The notes under the pieces are model-generated. The model was given only the letters and a program-made list of their open reading frames with translations. It did no database searches and was not told the origin of the DNA. From positions 313 through 64,312 of the forward strand of contig JAZUIS010000036.1 of NCBI GenBank assembly GCA_045642345.1: 64,000 nucleotides of DNA, read 5' to 3'. The DNA comes from Lachnospiraceae bacterium. GTDB taxonomy: Bacteria; Bacillota; Clostridia; Lachnospirales; Lachnospiraceae. Positions 39,095 through 48,364 of this stretch are shown one piece after another (within the stretch, counting starts at the first letter, position 1; each line of letters starts with the position of its first letter). Position numbers and translations under genes: made by a program.

Positions 39095-39874
39095 ATGGTT
39101 AAAGGACTGTACACAGCCTGGACAGGCATGGTTCAACAAGAAAAGCAGATGGATGTGTTAACCAATAATCTGGCTAATGCAAATACCAACGGCTTCAAAA
39201 AAGAAGGCGTTACGGCTCAGTCCTTTGATGATATGCTTGCATACAAAATAAAAGATGCGTCAGAAGGCTACAGACTTGCTAAGCGACTTGGCGTAAATAA
39301 TCCCGGCGTTAAAATAGGCGAAGGATATACCGATTTTAGTCAGGGACCCATGAAAGAAACAGGCGGAATTTATGATTTGGCACTGACTGACAGCGGTTTT
39401 TTCGCAGTTGAGTTTACAGATAAGGCAGGTAATACTTCCGTTAAGTATACCAGGGACGGTAATTTTACCGTAGATGCCGAGGGCGCATTAAGAACCATGG
39501 ATGGTGATTATGTTCTTGATACCGAAGGTAAGCATATTACCATTAATCCGAATGCGACAGATACGGTTATTAATGTTCACGGTCAGATTATTCAAAACGG
39601 TAAAGTGGTAGGAACTATTAAGATAACAGACTTTGAGGATTATAATTATCTTAAACATTACGGAGAGAATTATTACGAGCCTGTGGACGGAGCAAAAGAA
39701 AAAGAAGCCAAAGCAGGTGTTTATCAGGGATTTCTCGAAAGCTCAAATATTTCGGTAGTTTCTGAAATGGTAAATATGATTACCGTTCAAAGAGCGTATG
39801 AGAGTAATCAGAAACTCATCACCACTATTGACGGAACGCTTGAAATAGCAGCAAACCAGATAGGAAAGATATAA
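39095..39874 (+). CDS. flgF: Flagellar basal-body rod protein (FlgF/FlhO-like)
   Basis: N-terminal GLYTAWTGM......D..TNNLANANT.GFK and C-terminal G.LE.SN........M...QRAYE rod-protein signatures. Confidence 0.82.
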   Translation: MVKGLYTAWTGMVQQEKQMDVLTNNLANANTNGFKKEGVTAQSFDDMLAYKIKDASEGYRLAKRLGVNNPGVKIGEGYTDFSQGPMKETGGIYDLALTDSGFFAVEFTDKAGNTSVKYTRDGNFTVDAEGALRTMDGDYVLDTEGKHITINPNATDTVINVHGQIIQNGKVVGTIKITDFEDYNYLKHYGENYYEPVDGAKEKEAKAGVYQGFLESSNISVVSEMVNMITVQRAYESNQKLITTIDGTLEIAANQIGKI

Positions 39875-39888
39875 AGGGGGAATAAGGC

Positions 39889-40707
39889 ATGGTTAGAAGT
39901 TTATGGACTGCAGCAACCGGCATGAACTCACAGCAGACTAATGTCGATACGATTGCTAATAATTTAGCCAATGTAAATACAACAGGATATAAATCTCAGG
40001 CAGCACAGTTTAAGTCGCTCCTTTATCAAACACTTCAGACTGCTACTACAACAGCTAACGGAGATCCAAAACCAACCACTTCACAGGTAGGTCTCGGAGT
40101 GCGAAATTCTTCTATCAACAATATTTTTTCTCAGGGAAGTTTACTTGATGCGGCTTCCGATACGGCATTTGCCATTGAAGGTGACGGATTCTTCGGAGTT
40201 CGTAATGCTGACGGTGAAATAATATATACCCGAAACGGTGATTTTACCTGGGCTACTAACGGAACTTCCGGAATGATGCTTACAACACAGGACGGTCTTC
40301 CCGTACTTGATTCCACGGGTAAGGCAATAACTCTCGGTAATCAGTACGTAACAAGTAAGATTACAATTACCGGTGACGGAACAATATGTTATCCTGATGC
40401 CAGTAATAATCCCAAGTCTCTGGGAATGGTAATCGGTGTTTATCAGTTTAATAATCCCGGCGGATTGGAACGTACAGGTGATTCCAGTTGGAAGGCAACT
40501 GCAGCTTCCGGTGCTGCAATAAATGAAGCTACCAACAAGAATGTTCAGAAATCCAAGATAGTTCAGGGTTATCTTGAGGGTTCAAATGTTGAGGTAGCAA
40601 CAGAGATGGTTAACCTTATTGTGGCCCAGAGAGCATATGAAATGAATTCAAAGGCTATAACCACTACTGATGAAATGATGCAGACAGCTAATAACTTGAA
40701 GCGATAA
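39889..40707 (+). CDS. flgG: Flagellar basal-body rod protein FlgG (FlhP-like)
   Basis: Contains SLWTAATGM..QQ...D.IANNLANVNTTGYK and GYLEGSNV....EMV.LI.AQRAYE. Confidence 0.85.
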   Translation: MVRSLWTAATGMNSQQTNVDTIANNLANVNTTGYKSQAAQFKSLLYQTLQTATTTANGDPKPTTSQVGLGVRNSSINNIFSQGSLLDAASDTAFAIEGDGFFGVRNADGEIIYTRNGDFTWATNGTSGMMLTTQDGLPVLDSTGKAITLGNQYVTSKITITGDGTICYPDASNNPKSLGMVIGVYQFNNPGGLERTGDSSWKATAASGAAINEATNKNVQKSKIVQGYLEGSNVEVATEMVNLIVAQRAYEMNSKAITTTDEMMQTANNLKR

Positions 40708-40745
40708 AGTTTTGTTTTAGATAAATTCGCGTAAACTAACGTGAA

Positions 40746-41117
40746 ATGGTACAGGATAATATGGACATAGGAAATATTTCAAATGCGTATGCTGAATACT
40801 ATCAGTCGCAGAATACAATTTCAAATAAGGTAGCGGATTCCATTACAAACAAGGATTATACCAATGCAACGGATGATGAACTTTTGGATGCCTGCAAACA
40901 ATTCGAAAGTTATTTTCTGGAGCAGGTTTTTAAAAGTATGGAGAAAACCGTAGACTGCTTCAAAGAAGAAGGGGATACTACGAATTATTCCGAAAGTATG
41001 ATTAGCTATTTCGGTGATGAAACAATACAAAAGCTTGCCGAAACATCGACTCAGACGCAGGGGCTTGGACTTGCTCAGAGTTTGTATGAACAGATGAAAC
41101 GAAATTACGGATTATAA
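40746..41117 (+). CDS. Rod-binding protein (FlgJ N-terminal domain only)
   Basis: The block CKQFESYFLEQVFKSMEKT is typical of the FlgJ rod-binding domain. No muramidase domain is present. Confidence 0.7.
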   Translation: MVQDNMDIGNISNAYAEYYQSQNTISNKVADSITNKDYTNATDDELLDACKQFESYFLEQVFKSMEKTVDCFKEEGDTTNYSESMISYFGDETIQKLAETSTQTQGLGLAQSLYEQMKRNYGL

Positions 41118-41132
41118 TAAATTCTATATCTA

Positions 41133-43367
41133 ATGGAAAAAATCAAAGGTTATATCGACCACATAATCTACGCAAATGCCCAAAATGCTTATACTGTTCT
41201 TCTGCTTGTCACCGATGACGAGCAGGAGCTTGTTTGCGTTGGAACTTTTCCCGGAATTGATGGTGGAACATGCATAGAACTTGAAGGGGAATATGTGGAC
41301 CATCCCACGTATGGTACCCAGTTTAAGGCACAAAGATATAAAGAAATTATGCCTGAGGCGGAAATCAGTATCGAAAGGTATTTATCTTCCGGAGCAATTA
41401 AAGGTATCGGAGAAGCTTTGGCAAAACGAATAGTTAAACACTTCGGAAAAGATACATTTTATATTATGGAGAATGAGCCGGAACGTCTGGCGGAAATAAA
41501 AGGTATAAGCAGTAGAATTGCCCAGGAAATCGGAACTCAGGTCTACGAAAAAAGACAGATGCGTGAAGCATTTATCTTTTTGCAACAGTATGGGATAAAC
41601 AATAATCTTGCGGTAAAAATATATGATTTTTATAAAGACAGGGTATACGGGGTATTAAGGGAAAATCCATATATGCTGGCAGAAGATATATCCGGTGTCG
41701 GATTTAAGATAGCTGATGATATAGCTGCGAAAATGGGTATAAATGCCGATTCCGAATATAGGATAAGGTGCGGTATTCTCTATGCGCTTTCCTGCGCTTC
41801 CTCAGATGGTAACACATATCTTCCCATGGAAGTTTTGCTTGAAAGAACCTCGGAACTTATCGGAGTTTCGCCGGAGGAAATTTTCCCACAGGTGCAAAAT
41901 CTTGCGGTTGATAAGAAAGTAATTATTAAAAAAGATAATGTATATGCATCAACTTATTACTATGCCGAACTGGCCTGTGCCAGGATGCTTTACGATCTTG
42001 ATATCGTAATGGATGAAGAACTCTTCAAAAAACAGGAAAAGAAAATAAATACGGTAATAGATACTGTGGTTAAAGAACAAAACCTGGAAATCGATGACCT
42101 TCAGAAGGAAGCTGTTCTTGAAACGGTAAAGCATGGTGTCACGATTATTTCCGGAGGCCCGGGAACAGGAAAGACAACTACAATAAATACGATTATCAGA
42201 TATTTTGATGCCGAGGGTATGGATATTTTGTTATCCGCACCTACCGGAAGAGCTGCCAAAAGAATGCAGGAAGCAACAGGATACGAGGCGAAAACAATTC
42301 ACAGACTTTTGGAAGTTAACGGAGGAATGGTATCGGATTCAAAGGCTCCCATGTTTGAAAGAAACGAAGAGAATCCCCTTGAAGCAGACGTGATAATAGT
42401 TGATGAGATGTCTATGATAGATATTCATTTATTTAAAGCGTTACTTAAAGCCGTATCTATAGGAACAAGACTTGTACTTGTGGGAGATGTGGACCAGCTT
42501 CCGTCGGTGGGCCCGGGACAGGTTCTCCGTGATCTTATTAATTCCGATGCTTTTTCAACCGTTATATTAAAGCGTATTTACAGGCAGGATGAAGAATCCG
42601 ATATTGTGGTAAACGCGCATAAAATTAATAACGGACAACGTATATCTTTGGACAATAAGAGTAAAGACTTCTTCTTCCTTGAAAGAAATGATTATCAGGT
42701 TATTTATAAACATATGATTCAGCTGATTAAGGATAAACTGCCGTCATATGTTAATGCATCGATGCTTGACATTCAGGTACTTACACCTATGAAAAAGGGT
42801 GCACTGGGAGTAGAAACCCTTAATAATGTGTTACAGGAATATTTGAATCCGAAGGATGATTCAAAAGAAGAATATGAGCGAGGAGAGCATCTGTTTAGAG
42901 AAGGCGATAAAGTAATGCAGGTTAAGAATAATTATCAGTTAACCTGGCAGATATTAAGCAAATATAATATCCCGATAGATGAAGGTACCGGCGTATTCAA
43001 CGGGGATATGGGTATTGTTAAACATATTGACAGATACGGACAAATACTTACGGTTGAGTTTGATGAAGGGCGCATGGTTGACTATCCCTTTAGCGGCCTT
43101 GACGAACTGGAACTTGCATATGCGGTAACTGTCCATAAATCTCAGGGTTCTGAGTACCCGGCGGTAATTATGCCTATTTTATCAGGCCCTAAGATGCTTC
43201 TTAACAGAAATCTGTTTTACACGGCGGTTACAAGAGCAAAGAAGTGCGTTACTATTTTGGGAAGTTCATCAACAATTAATCAAATGATTGATAATGATAA
43301 TATTTATGAAAGATACAGTAGTTTGGAAGAAAGAATTAAAGAGGTAGTGAGTGTCGAAAATTACTGA
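41133..43367 (+). CDS. recD2: SF1B ATP-dependent DNA helicase RecD2
   Basis: 744 aa. Helix-hairpin-helix region, Walker A GGPGTGKTT, DEMSM, GD.DQLPSV and a C-terminal TVHKSQGSE block. Confidence 0.88.
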   Translation: MEKIKGYIDHIIYANAQNAYTVLLLVTDDEQELVCVGTFPGIDGGTCIELEGEYVDHPTYGTQFKAQRYKEIMPEAEISIERYLSSGAIKGIGEALAKRIVKHFGKDTFYIMENEPERLAEIKGISSRIAQEIGTQVYEKRQMREAFIFLQQYGINNNLAVKIYDFYKDRVYGVLRENPYMLAEDISGVGFKIADDIAAKMGINADSEYRIRCGILYALSCASSDGNTYLPMEVLLERTSELIGVSPEEIFPQVQNLAVDKKVIIKKDNVYASTYYYAELACARMLYDLDIVMDEELFKKQEKKINTVIDTVVKEQNLEIDDLQKEAVLETVKHGVTIISGGPGTGKTTTINTIIRYFDAEGMDILLSAPTGRAAKRMQEATGYEAKTIHRLLEVNGGMVSDSKAPMFERNEENPLEADVIIVDEMSMIDIHLFKALLKAVSIGTRLVLVGDVDQLPSVGPGQVLRDLINSDAFSTVILKRIYRQDEESDIVVNAHKINNGQRISLDNKSKDFFFLERNDYQVIYKHMIQLIKDKLPSYVNASMLDIQVLTPMKKGALGVETLNNVLQEYLNPKDDSKEEYERGEHLFREGDKVMQVKNNYQLTWQILSKYNIPIDEGTGVFNGDMGIVKHIDRYGQILTVEFDEGRMVDYPFSGLDELELAYAVTVHKSQGSEYPAVIMPILSGPKMLLNRNLFYTAVTRAKKCVTILGSSSTINQMIDNDNIYERYSSLEERIKEVVSVENY

Positions 43368-44061
43368 GGATATAAAGGACTTGGTGTTCCCACGACGATG
43401 TGCGATATGTGACGAAGTGCTTCCACATGGGATGAAGTACATATGTAAAGACTGCTCAACAAAAGTGGTTTATATTAAGGAACCCTATTGCCTTAAGTGC
43501 GGTAAGGCACTGGTTGAGAATAAAGAATATTGTGAAGACTGTCTTAAGCGACCGCACTACTTCAGACAGGGGGTTTCCGTATTTGATTACGGAAGCGTAT
43601 CCGATTCCTTATATCGCTTCAAAAATATGGGAAGGGTTGAATATGCCGAATATTATGCCAAAGTACTTTATGAAGAAAAAGGCGACTGGCTGAAAGCTGT
43701 TAATCCCGATTGTCTTATACCTGTTCCCATTCATTCATCTAAGCTAAAAAAGCGTGGCTATAACCAGGCTGAGCTCATTTCAAAAGAACTTTCCCGATTG
43801 TCCGGAATACCGACCGATACATCATTGCTGTTACGGGCAAAAAAGACGAATCCACTTAAGGAATTAAGCCTTAAAGAACGCCAAAATAACTTAAAAAAGG
43901 CTTTTAAAATAGGGGTGAATGATGTAAAATTGAAGACAGGTGTTATCATTGACGATATATACACAACCGGTAGTACGATTGATGAAATATCACGTACTTT
44001 AATAAATACTTTTCCCTGTGAGATTTATTTTATGACGCTCACGGTAGGAAGAGGGGTGTAG
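43351..44061 (+). CDS. comFC: ComF family protein (ComFC-like phosphoribosyltransferase)
   Basis: GTG start overlapping recD2. N-terminal 4-Cys zinc ribbon pairs and a PRPP motif (VIIDDIYTTGST). Confidence 0.85.
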   Translation: MSKITEDIKDLVFPRRCAICDEVLPHGMKYICKDCSTKVVYIKEPYCLKCGKALVENKEYCEDCLKRPHYFRQGVSVFDYGSVSDSLYRFKNMGRVEYAEYYAKVLYEEKGDWLKAVNPDCLIPVPIHSSKLKKRGYNQAELISKELSRLSGIPTDTSLLLRAKKTNPLKELSLKERQNNLKKAFKIGVNDVKLKTGVIIDDIYTTGSTIDEISRTLINTFPCEIYFMTLTVGRGV

Positions 44062-44074
44062 AAAGGAAAATAGT

Positions 44075-44482
44075 ATGAATATTAGAAACTGTAAAAGCTG
44101 TGGTAAAATGTTTAGTTACGCTATGGGACCAATTATTTGTCCTGATTGTATGACTGCTCAGGAACAGTTATTCCAGAAGGCTAAGGCCTATGTCCAGGAT
44201 CATCCGGGATGCGATATTCAGGAATTGTCGGAAAATGTTGAGGTTGAAGTGGCACAGGTACGTCAGTGGATTAGAGAAGAAAGATTACAGTTCTCGGATG
44301 ATTCACCTATAAGAATTGCCTGTGAAAGCTGTGGAGCAATGATTAGATCGGGCCGTTTCTGTGATGCATGTCGTGCCAATATGACACAGGGATTGAATTC
44401 TGCATTCGGTCTTAACAAGAAAGCTCCGGAGCCGGTAGTTAAGAAGAGAGAATCTGATGGAAATAAGATGAGATTCTTATAA
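44075..44482 (+). CDS. yvyF: Flagellar-region zinc-ribbon protein (YvyF-like)
   Basis: C-x2-C ... C-x2-C near both ends. Its position directly after comFC matches the B. subtilis comFC-yvyF arrangement. Confidence 0.65.
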   Translation: MNIRNCKSCGKMFSYAMGPIICPDCMTAQEQLFQKAKAYVQDHPGCDIQELSENVEVEVAQVRQWIREERLQFSDDSPIRIACESCGAMIRSGRFCDACRANMTQGLNSAFGLNKKAPEPVVKKRESDGNKMRFL

Positions 44483-44493
44483 AAAGGATAGTC

Positions 44494-44877
44494 ATGATTA
44501 ATAAAGAAAAAGTCATATTGATGACAAAACTTGCCACGTTCGAGCAGAACGAAGGTAAGAAAAACATGAATATTGTAAACTATTTTCGTAGCGATTATAT
44601 TGGCTTTCAGGTTCTGAAGGCCATTATCGCTGCTACGCTGTCTTTTGTTCTGGTGGCAGCAGTATACCTGCTGTATAACTTTGAGGATTTGATGGCGGAC
44701 ATATATAAAATGGACCTTATGGAGACAGGTAAGAGTATTATTATCATATATCTTTGTACGGTCGGAATATATGCTGTGCTTGCTTATGCAATCTACACAT
44801 ATAGATATTCCAAAGCCAAGAAGAAGTTAAAACAGTATTACGCTAATCTTCGTAAGCTTGAGAATATGAGCAATTAG
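44494..44877 (+). CDS. Hypothetical 2-TM membrane protein
   Basis: 127 aa with two hydrophobic helices and a basic C-terminal tail. No family recognised. Confidence 0.55.
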   Translation: MINKEKVILMTKLATFEQNEGKKNMNIVNYFRSDYIGFQVLKAIIAATLSFVLVAAVYLLYNFEDLMADIYKMDLMETGKSIIIIYLCTVGIYAVLAYAIYTYRYSKAKKKLKQYYANLRKLENMSN

Positions 44878-44891
44878 AGGAGTTGAAATTC

Positions 44892-45869
44892 ATGTCTAGT
44901 TTATTGGAAGTTAAGCAGTACGTACGTAATTTTATTAACAAGTACGATGCTTACTTAAAACCTGTTGTAAAGTTGTTGCTGGCACTTATAGCCCTTTTGA
45001 CGATTAACGGTAAATTGGGTTATATGCAGAAGATTGACAATTTTGCTATCGTAATTATTGCAGCACTTATGTGCTCGTTTTTACCGATTAATTTTATAGT
45101 TTTGATAAGTGCGGTATTTATTATGCTGCACATGTATGCTTTATCCTTAGAGAGTGCATGTGTTGTTTTGGTATTAATGATAGTATTGTTCTTACTTTAC
45201 TTCAGATTTTCACCTAAGGATACGGTAGTTGTGGTTATCACACCGATTGCCTGCATTATGGGTATTCCTTATGTGATGCCGGTGGTAATGGGACTTATCG
45301 GAGGCCCATATTCGATTGTTTCGATTGCGTGCGGTGTAATCATTTATTATGTGCTCGGAACCATGACAAGTGTTGCACCGACTCTGACTTCTATGGAAAC
45401 AGAGGAAATGGGTACACGCTTAAGACTTATAATTGATGCAATTCTTGACAACAAGGTGATGATTGTTCTTATAGTTGCGTTTGCAATTACGGCAATAGTC
45501 GTATATGTTGTCAGAAACCTTCCGATGGATTATTGCTGGCCTATAGCAATTGTGGGTGGTGCTATTATTGATGCAGTGATAGTGCTTATCTGCGATTTGT
45601 CCTTACAGGCTGATATTTCCATAGCAGGATTGCTGTTTGGTTCAATTCTTGCGGTTGTTGCGGGATTTGTAACGCAATTCCTGTTCTTTAATGTTGACTA
45701 TAACCGGGCTGAAAAAGTTCAGTTCGAAGATGATGAATATTATTACTATGTTAAGGCTGTGCCGAAGGTTACAATGTCTGTATCTTCAAAGACAGTAAAG
45801 AAAATTAATTCAGCTAACAGAAGACCGGCCCAAAGACCGCCTTCAAGAAGCTATGATATGGATGAGTAA
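44892..45869 (+). CDS. Hypothetical polytopic membrane protein
   Basis: About 325 aa with at least 7 hydrophobic segments and a basic, Pro-rich C-terminal tail. The ATG at 44892 is preferred over the TTG at 44883 because of gaggag spacing. Confidence 0.55.
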   Translation: MSSLLEVKQYVRNFINKYDAYLKPVVKLLLALIALLTINGKLGYMQKIDNFAIVIIAALMCSFLPINFIVLISAVFIMLHMYALSLESACVVLVLMIVLFLLYFRFSPKDTVVVVITPIACIMGIPYVMPVVMGLIGGPYSIVSIACGVIIYYVLGTMTSVAPTLTSMETEEMGTRLRLIIDAILDNKVMIVLIVAFAITAIVVYVVRNLPMDYCWPIAIVGGAIIDAVIVLICDLSLQADISIAGLLFGSILAVVAGFVTQFLFFNVDYNRAEKVQFEDDEYYYYVKAVPKVTMSVSSKTVKKINSANRRPAQRPPSRSYDMDE

Positions 45870-46744
45870 TGGTCGATAGTTTTAGAACACTCAAAACATA
45901 CTTTTCGCAAGTGTCAAGTATCAGATGGGCAGATATAGCTGAGATTATCATTATATCCTTTTTGATTTACAGCATTTTGGTTTGGATTAAAAAGACCAAA
46001 GCGTATTCGTTACTTAAGGGAATTTTGGTAATCGCAGTTTTTGTGCTGATTGCAGAGTATTTTGAAATGAACACAATTCTTTGGATTGTTAATAATGTTT
46101 TCTCTGTGGCTATTACCGCTATAGTAGTTATTTTACAGCCCGAACTTCGTAAAGCGGTTGAGGAACTGGGACGTAAAAACTATTTTTCTTCAATTCTTCC
46201 TTTTGAACTTACAAAAACAGGATCAGGTGACGGTAGATTTTCGGACAAAACAATTGCCGAGATAGCCCGCGCCTGTGTGGAAATGGGTAAAGTTAAAACC
46301 GGAGCGCTTATTGTTATTGAGCAGGAACAGTCGCTTTCGGAATATGAAAGAACGGGAATTGAAGTAGACGGTGTTGTAACAAGCCAGTTGCTTATCAATA
46401 TTTTTGAACATAATACTCCGCTCCATGACGGAGCTGTAATTATCAGAGGAAACAGAATAACGTCGGCGACATGTTATCTTCCGTTATCAGACAATATGAT
46501 GCTTAGTAAAGATTTGGGAACACGTCACAGAGCAGGTGTTGGTATTTCGGAAGCTACTGATTCGATGACGGTTATTGTATCGGAAGAAACCGGAAAGATA
46601 AGTATTGCTTATCAGGGATTACTTTCGAGAAATCTTGATTCTGAAGGTCTCAAAGAGAAACTAAGAACGATACAGAATAAAACAGAGGAAGAAGCTCCCA
46701 AGAAGCGCCTTCTTTGGAAAGGAAGGGCTAAGAATGAAAAATAG
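45869..46744 (+). CDS. cdaA: Diadenylate cyclase CdaA (DacA)
   Basis: Three N-terminal TM helices plus a DAC domain with TPLHDGAVII and GTRHRAG motifs. Confidence 0.92.
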   Translation: MVDSFRTLKTYFSQVSSIRWADIAEIIIISFLIYSILVWIKKTKAYSLLKGILVIAVFVLIAEYFEMNTILWIVNNVFSVAITAIVVILQPELRKAVEELGRKNYFSSILPFELTKTGSGDGRFSDKTIAEIARACVEMGKVKTGALIVIEQEQSLSEYERTGIEVDGVVTSQLLINIFEHNTPLHDGAVIIRGNRITSATCYLPLSDNMMLSKDLGTRHRAGVGISEATDSMTVIVSEETGKISIAYQGLLSRNLDSEGLKEKLRTIQNKTEEEAPKKRLLWKGRAKNEK

Positions 46745-48005
46745 ACTTACCAGAAATATTGGGCTTAAAATTATTTCTTTGCTTGCTTCCATTTTGATTT
46801 GGGCGATTGTTACAACAGTTTCGGATCCGGCAGTTACACAGTCTTTTTACAATATACCTGTTAAATTGCTTAATACGGATACGATTACCGATTCGGCAAG
46901 AGTATACGAAGTACTTGATAACTCCGATGTAATTTCTAAGGTTACAATAAAGGCAGCCCGTTCGGTGATAGTCAATATTGATGAAGAAGATATAATAGCG
47001 ACTGCCGATGTAAATGATTTAAGCAGTCTTGATACTGTTTCGATTAAGCTTTCGACAACGAAGAATCCGGAACAGTTAATAAATATTACAGGAAGCTCCG
47101 ATACGGTAAAACTTGATATCCAGAATAAAAAGACAAAAACACTTGCACTTGATATGGACATTATCGGAAGCCCGGAAGAAAGTTATGTGATTACCGATAT
47201 GGATACATCACAGAATCTGGTTAAGATTTCCGGCGCAGAGTCTGTTGTGGATTCAATAGCATATGCCGCAGTTGAAATAGATGTAACAGGCTTTAAGCAG
47301 GATATCGGAACAAACGCGGAAATTAAGCTGTATGATTCCGATAAAAAGCCGATTAACACTAACAAGGTTACTTTGAATATGAGAAGTGCCGGTGTTACGG
47401 TAAAGATTGCAAAAGCAAAGGAAGTTCCGATTTTCTTTACGGCAGAAGGGGAAGCAGCTCCGGGATATTGTGCGGTGGGAGAAGTTGATTCCGACAGAGA
47501 CACCATTTACGTATACGGTAAAGAGGAAACTATCGAAAATCTTACAGAAATCAGAATTCCGCAAGATGCTATTAGTATTGCAGATTTAAGAAGTAATTTT
47601 GTTACTCAGGTTGATGTTAAACAATATCTTCCGTCAGGAATTTATCTTGTTGACGCTGCGGATTCAAAGTATACGGTTACAGTACACATTGAGGCCGAGG
47701 CTACAAAACATATAGGCTTGACTGATGCAGATATTAAGATAGCGGAAATTCCGGCAGGATATAAAGCAACTATAGGAATTGATGAAGGCACCATAATAGA
47801 TTTGGTGGGACTTAATGATGTATTGTCCAAGTTGAATAAGGATAATATCGATGCAACAATCAATGTTGCCAAGTATTTTGAAAGTCAGGAAGCGTCAGAA
47901 CCGCAAGAAGGATTTTACAGCGTAGAAGTATCATTTACCCTTCCTAACGGCGTAAGAGTTGCCGATCCGTTGATGGCTACGCTTCATCTTGTAAAGAACG
48001 ACTAA
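46734..48005 (+). CDS. cdaR: CdaA regulatory protein CdaR (YbbR-repeat protein)
   Basis: N-terminal TM helix followed by repeated YbbR-like beta modules. Overlaps cdaA by 11 nt. Confidence 0.85.
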   Translation: MKNRLTRNIGLKIISLLASILIWAIVTTVSDPAVTQSFYNIPVKLLNTDTITDSARVYEVLDNSDVISKVTIKAARSVIVNIDEEDIIATADVNDLSSLDTVSIKLSTTKNPEQLINITGSSDTVKLDIQNKKTKTLALDMDIIGSPEESYVITDMDTSQNLVKISGAESVVDSIAYAAVEIDVTGFKQDIGTNAEIKLYDSDKKPINTNKVTLNMRSAGVTVKIAKAKEVPIFFTAEGEAAPGYCAVGEVDSDRDTIYVYGKEETIENLTEIRIPQDAISIADLRSNFVTQVDVKQYLPSGIYLVDAADSKYTVTVHIEAEATKHIGLTDADIKIAEIPAGYKATIGIDEGTIIDLVGLNDVLSKLNKDNIDATINVAKYFESQEASEPQEGFYSVEVSFTLPNGVRVADPLMATLHLVKND

Positions 48006-48050
48006 AAATGTTATAGTTAACAGGAAGATTTTATTGGAGGAATGACTGAT

Positions 48051-48314
48051 ATGGTTAGTCAGAAGGTGGTGATTAAGAACCCTACGGGTTTACACCTAAG
48101 ACCGGCAGGAATTTTATGTAAGGAAGCAATGCAGTTTAAATCGCTTATTACGTTCTCTTTCCGAGGCAACACTGCTAATGCAAAGAGCGTATTGAGTGTT
48201 TTGGGTGCTTGCGTCAAGTGCGGTGACGAAGTTGAATTTACCTGTGACGGTGAAGATGAAGAAGCAGCATTAAAGGCATTGGTAACTGCCGTTGAAGATG
48301 GTTTAGGTGAATAA
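48051..48314 (+). CDS. HPr-family phosphocarrier protein
   Basis: The ATG at 48051 is preferred because of ggagg spacing. His-15 region is NPTGLHLRPA and the Ser-46 region is ANAKSVLSVLGA. Confidence 0.85.
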   Translation: MVSQKVVIKNPTGLHLRPAGILCKEAMQFKSLITFSFRGNTANAKSVLSVLGACVKCGDEVEFTCDGEDEEAALKALVTAVEDGLGE

Positions 48315-48327
48315 TTGAACATAAAAT

Positions 48328-48358
48328 AAGCTCCGACGCATGTCGGAGCTTTTATTTT
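48328..48358. terminator. Bidirectional terminator (HPr gene on +, DUF3048 gene on -)
   Basis: Stem aagctccgac/gtcggagctt, flanked by an A-run on the left and a T-run on the right. Confidence 0.85.
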
Positions 48359-48364
48359 TATTTA

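Noticed and set aside
41133-44482. recD2-comFC-yvyF considered as a possible novel competence or defence module
   Set aside because: The comFC-yvyF part matches the B. subtilis gene order as I recall it, and all three proteins have canonical motifs. It is ordinary core synteny.
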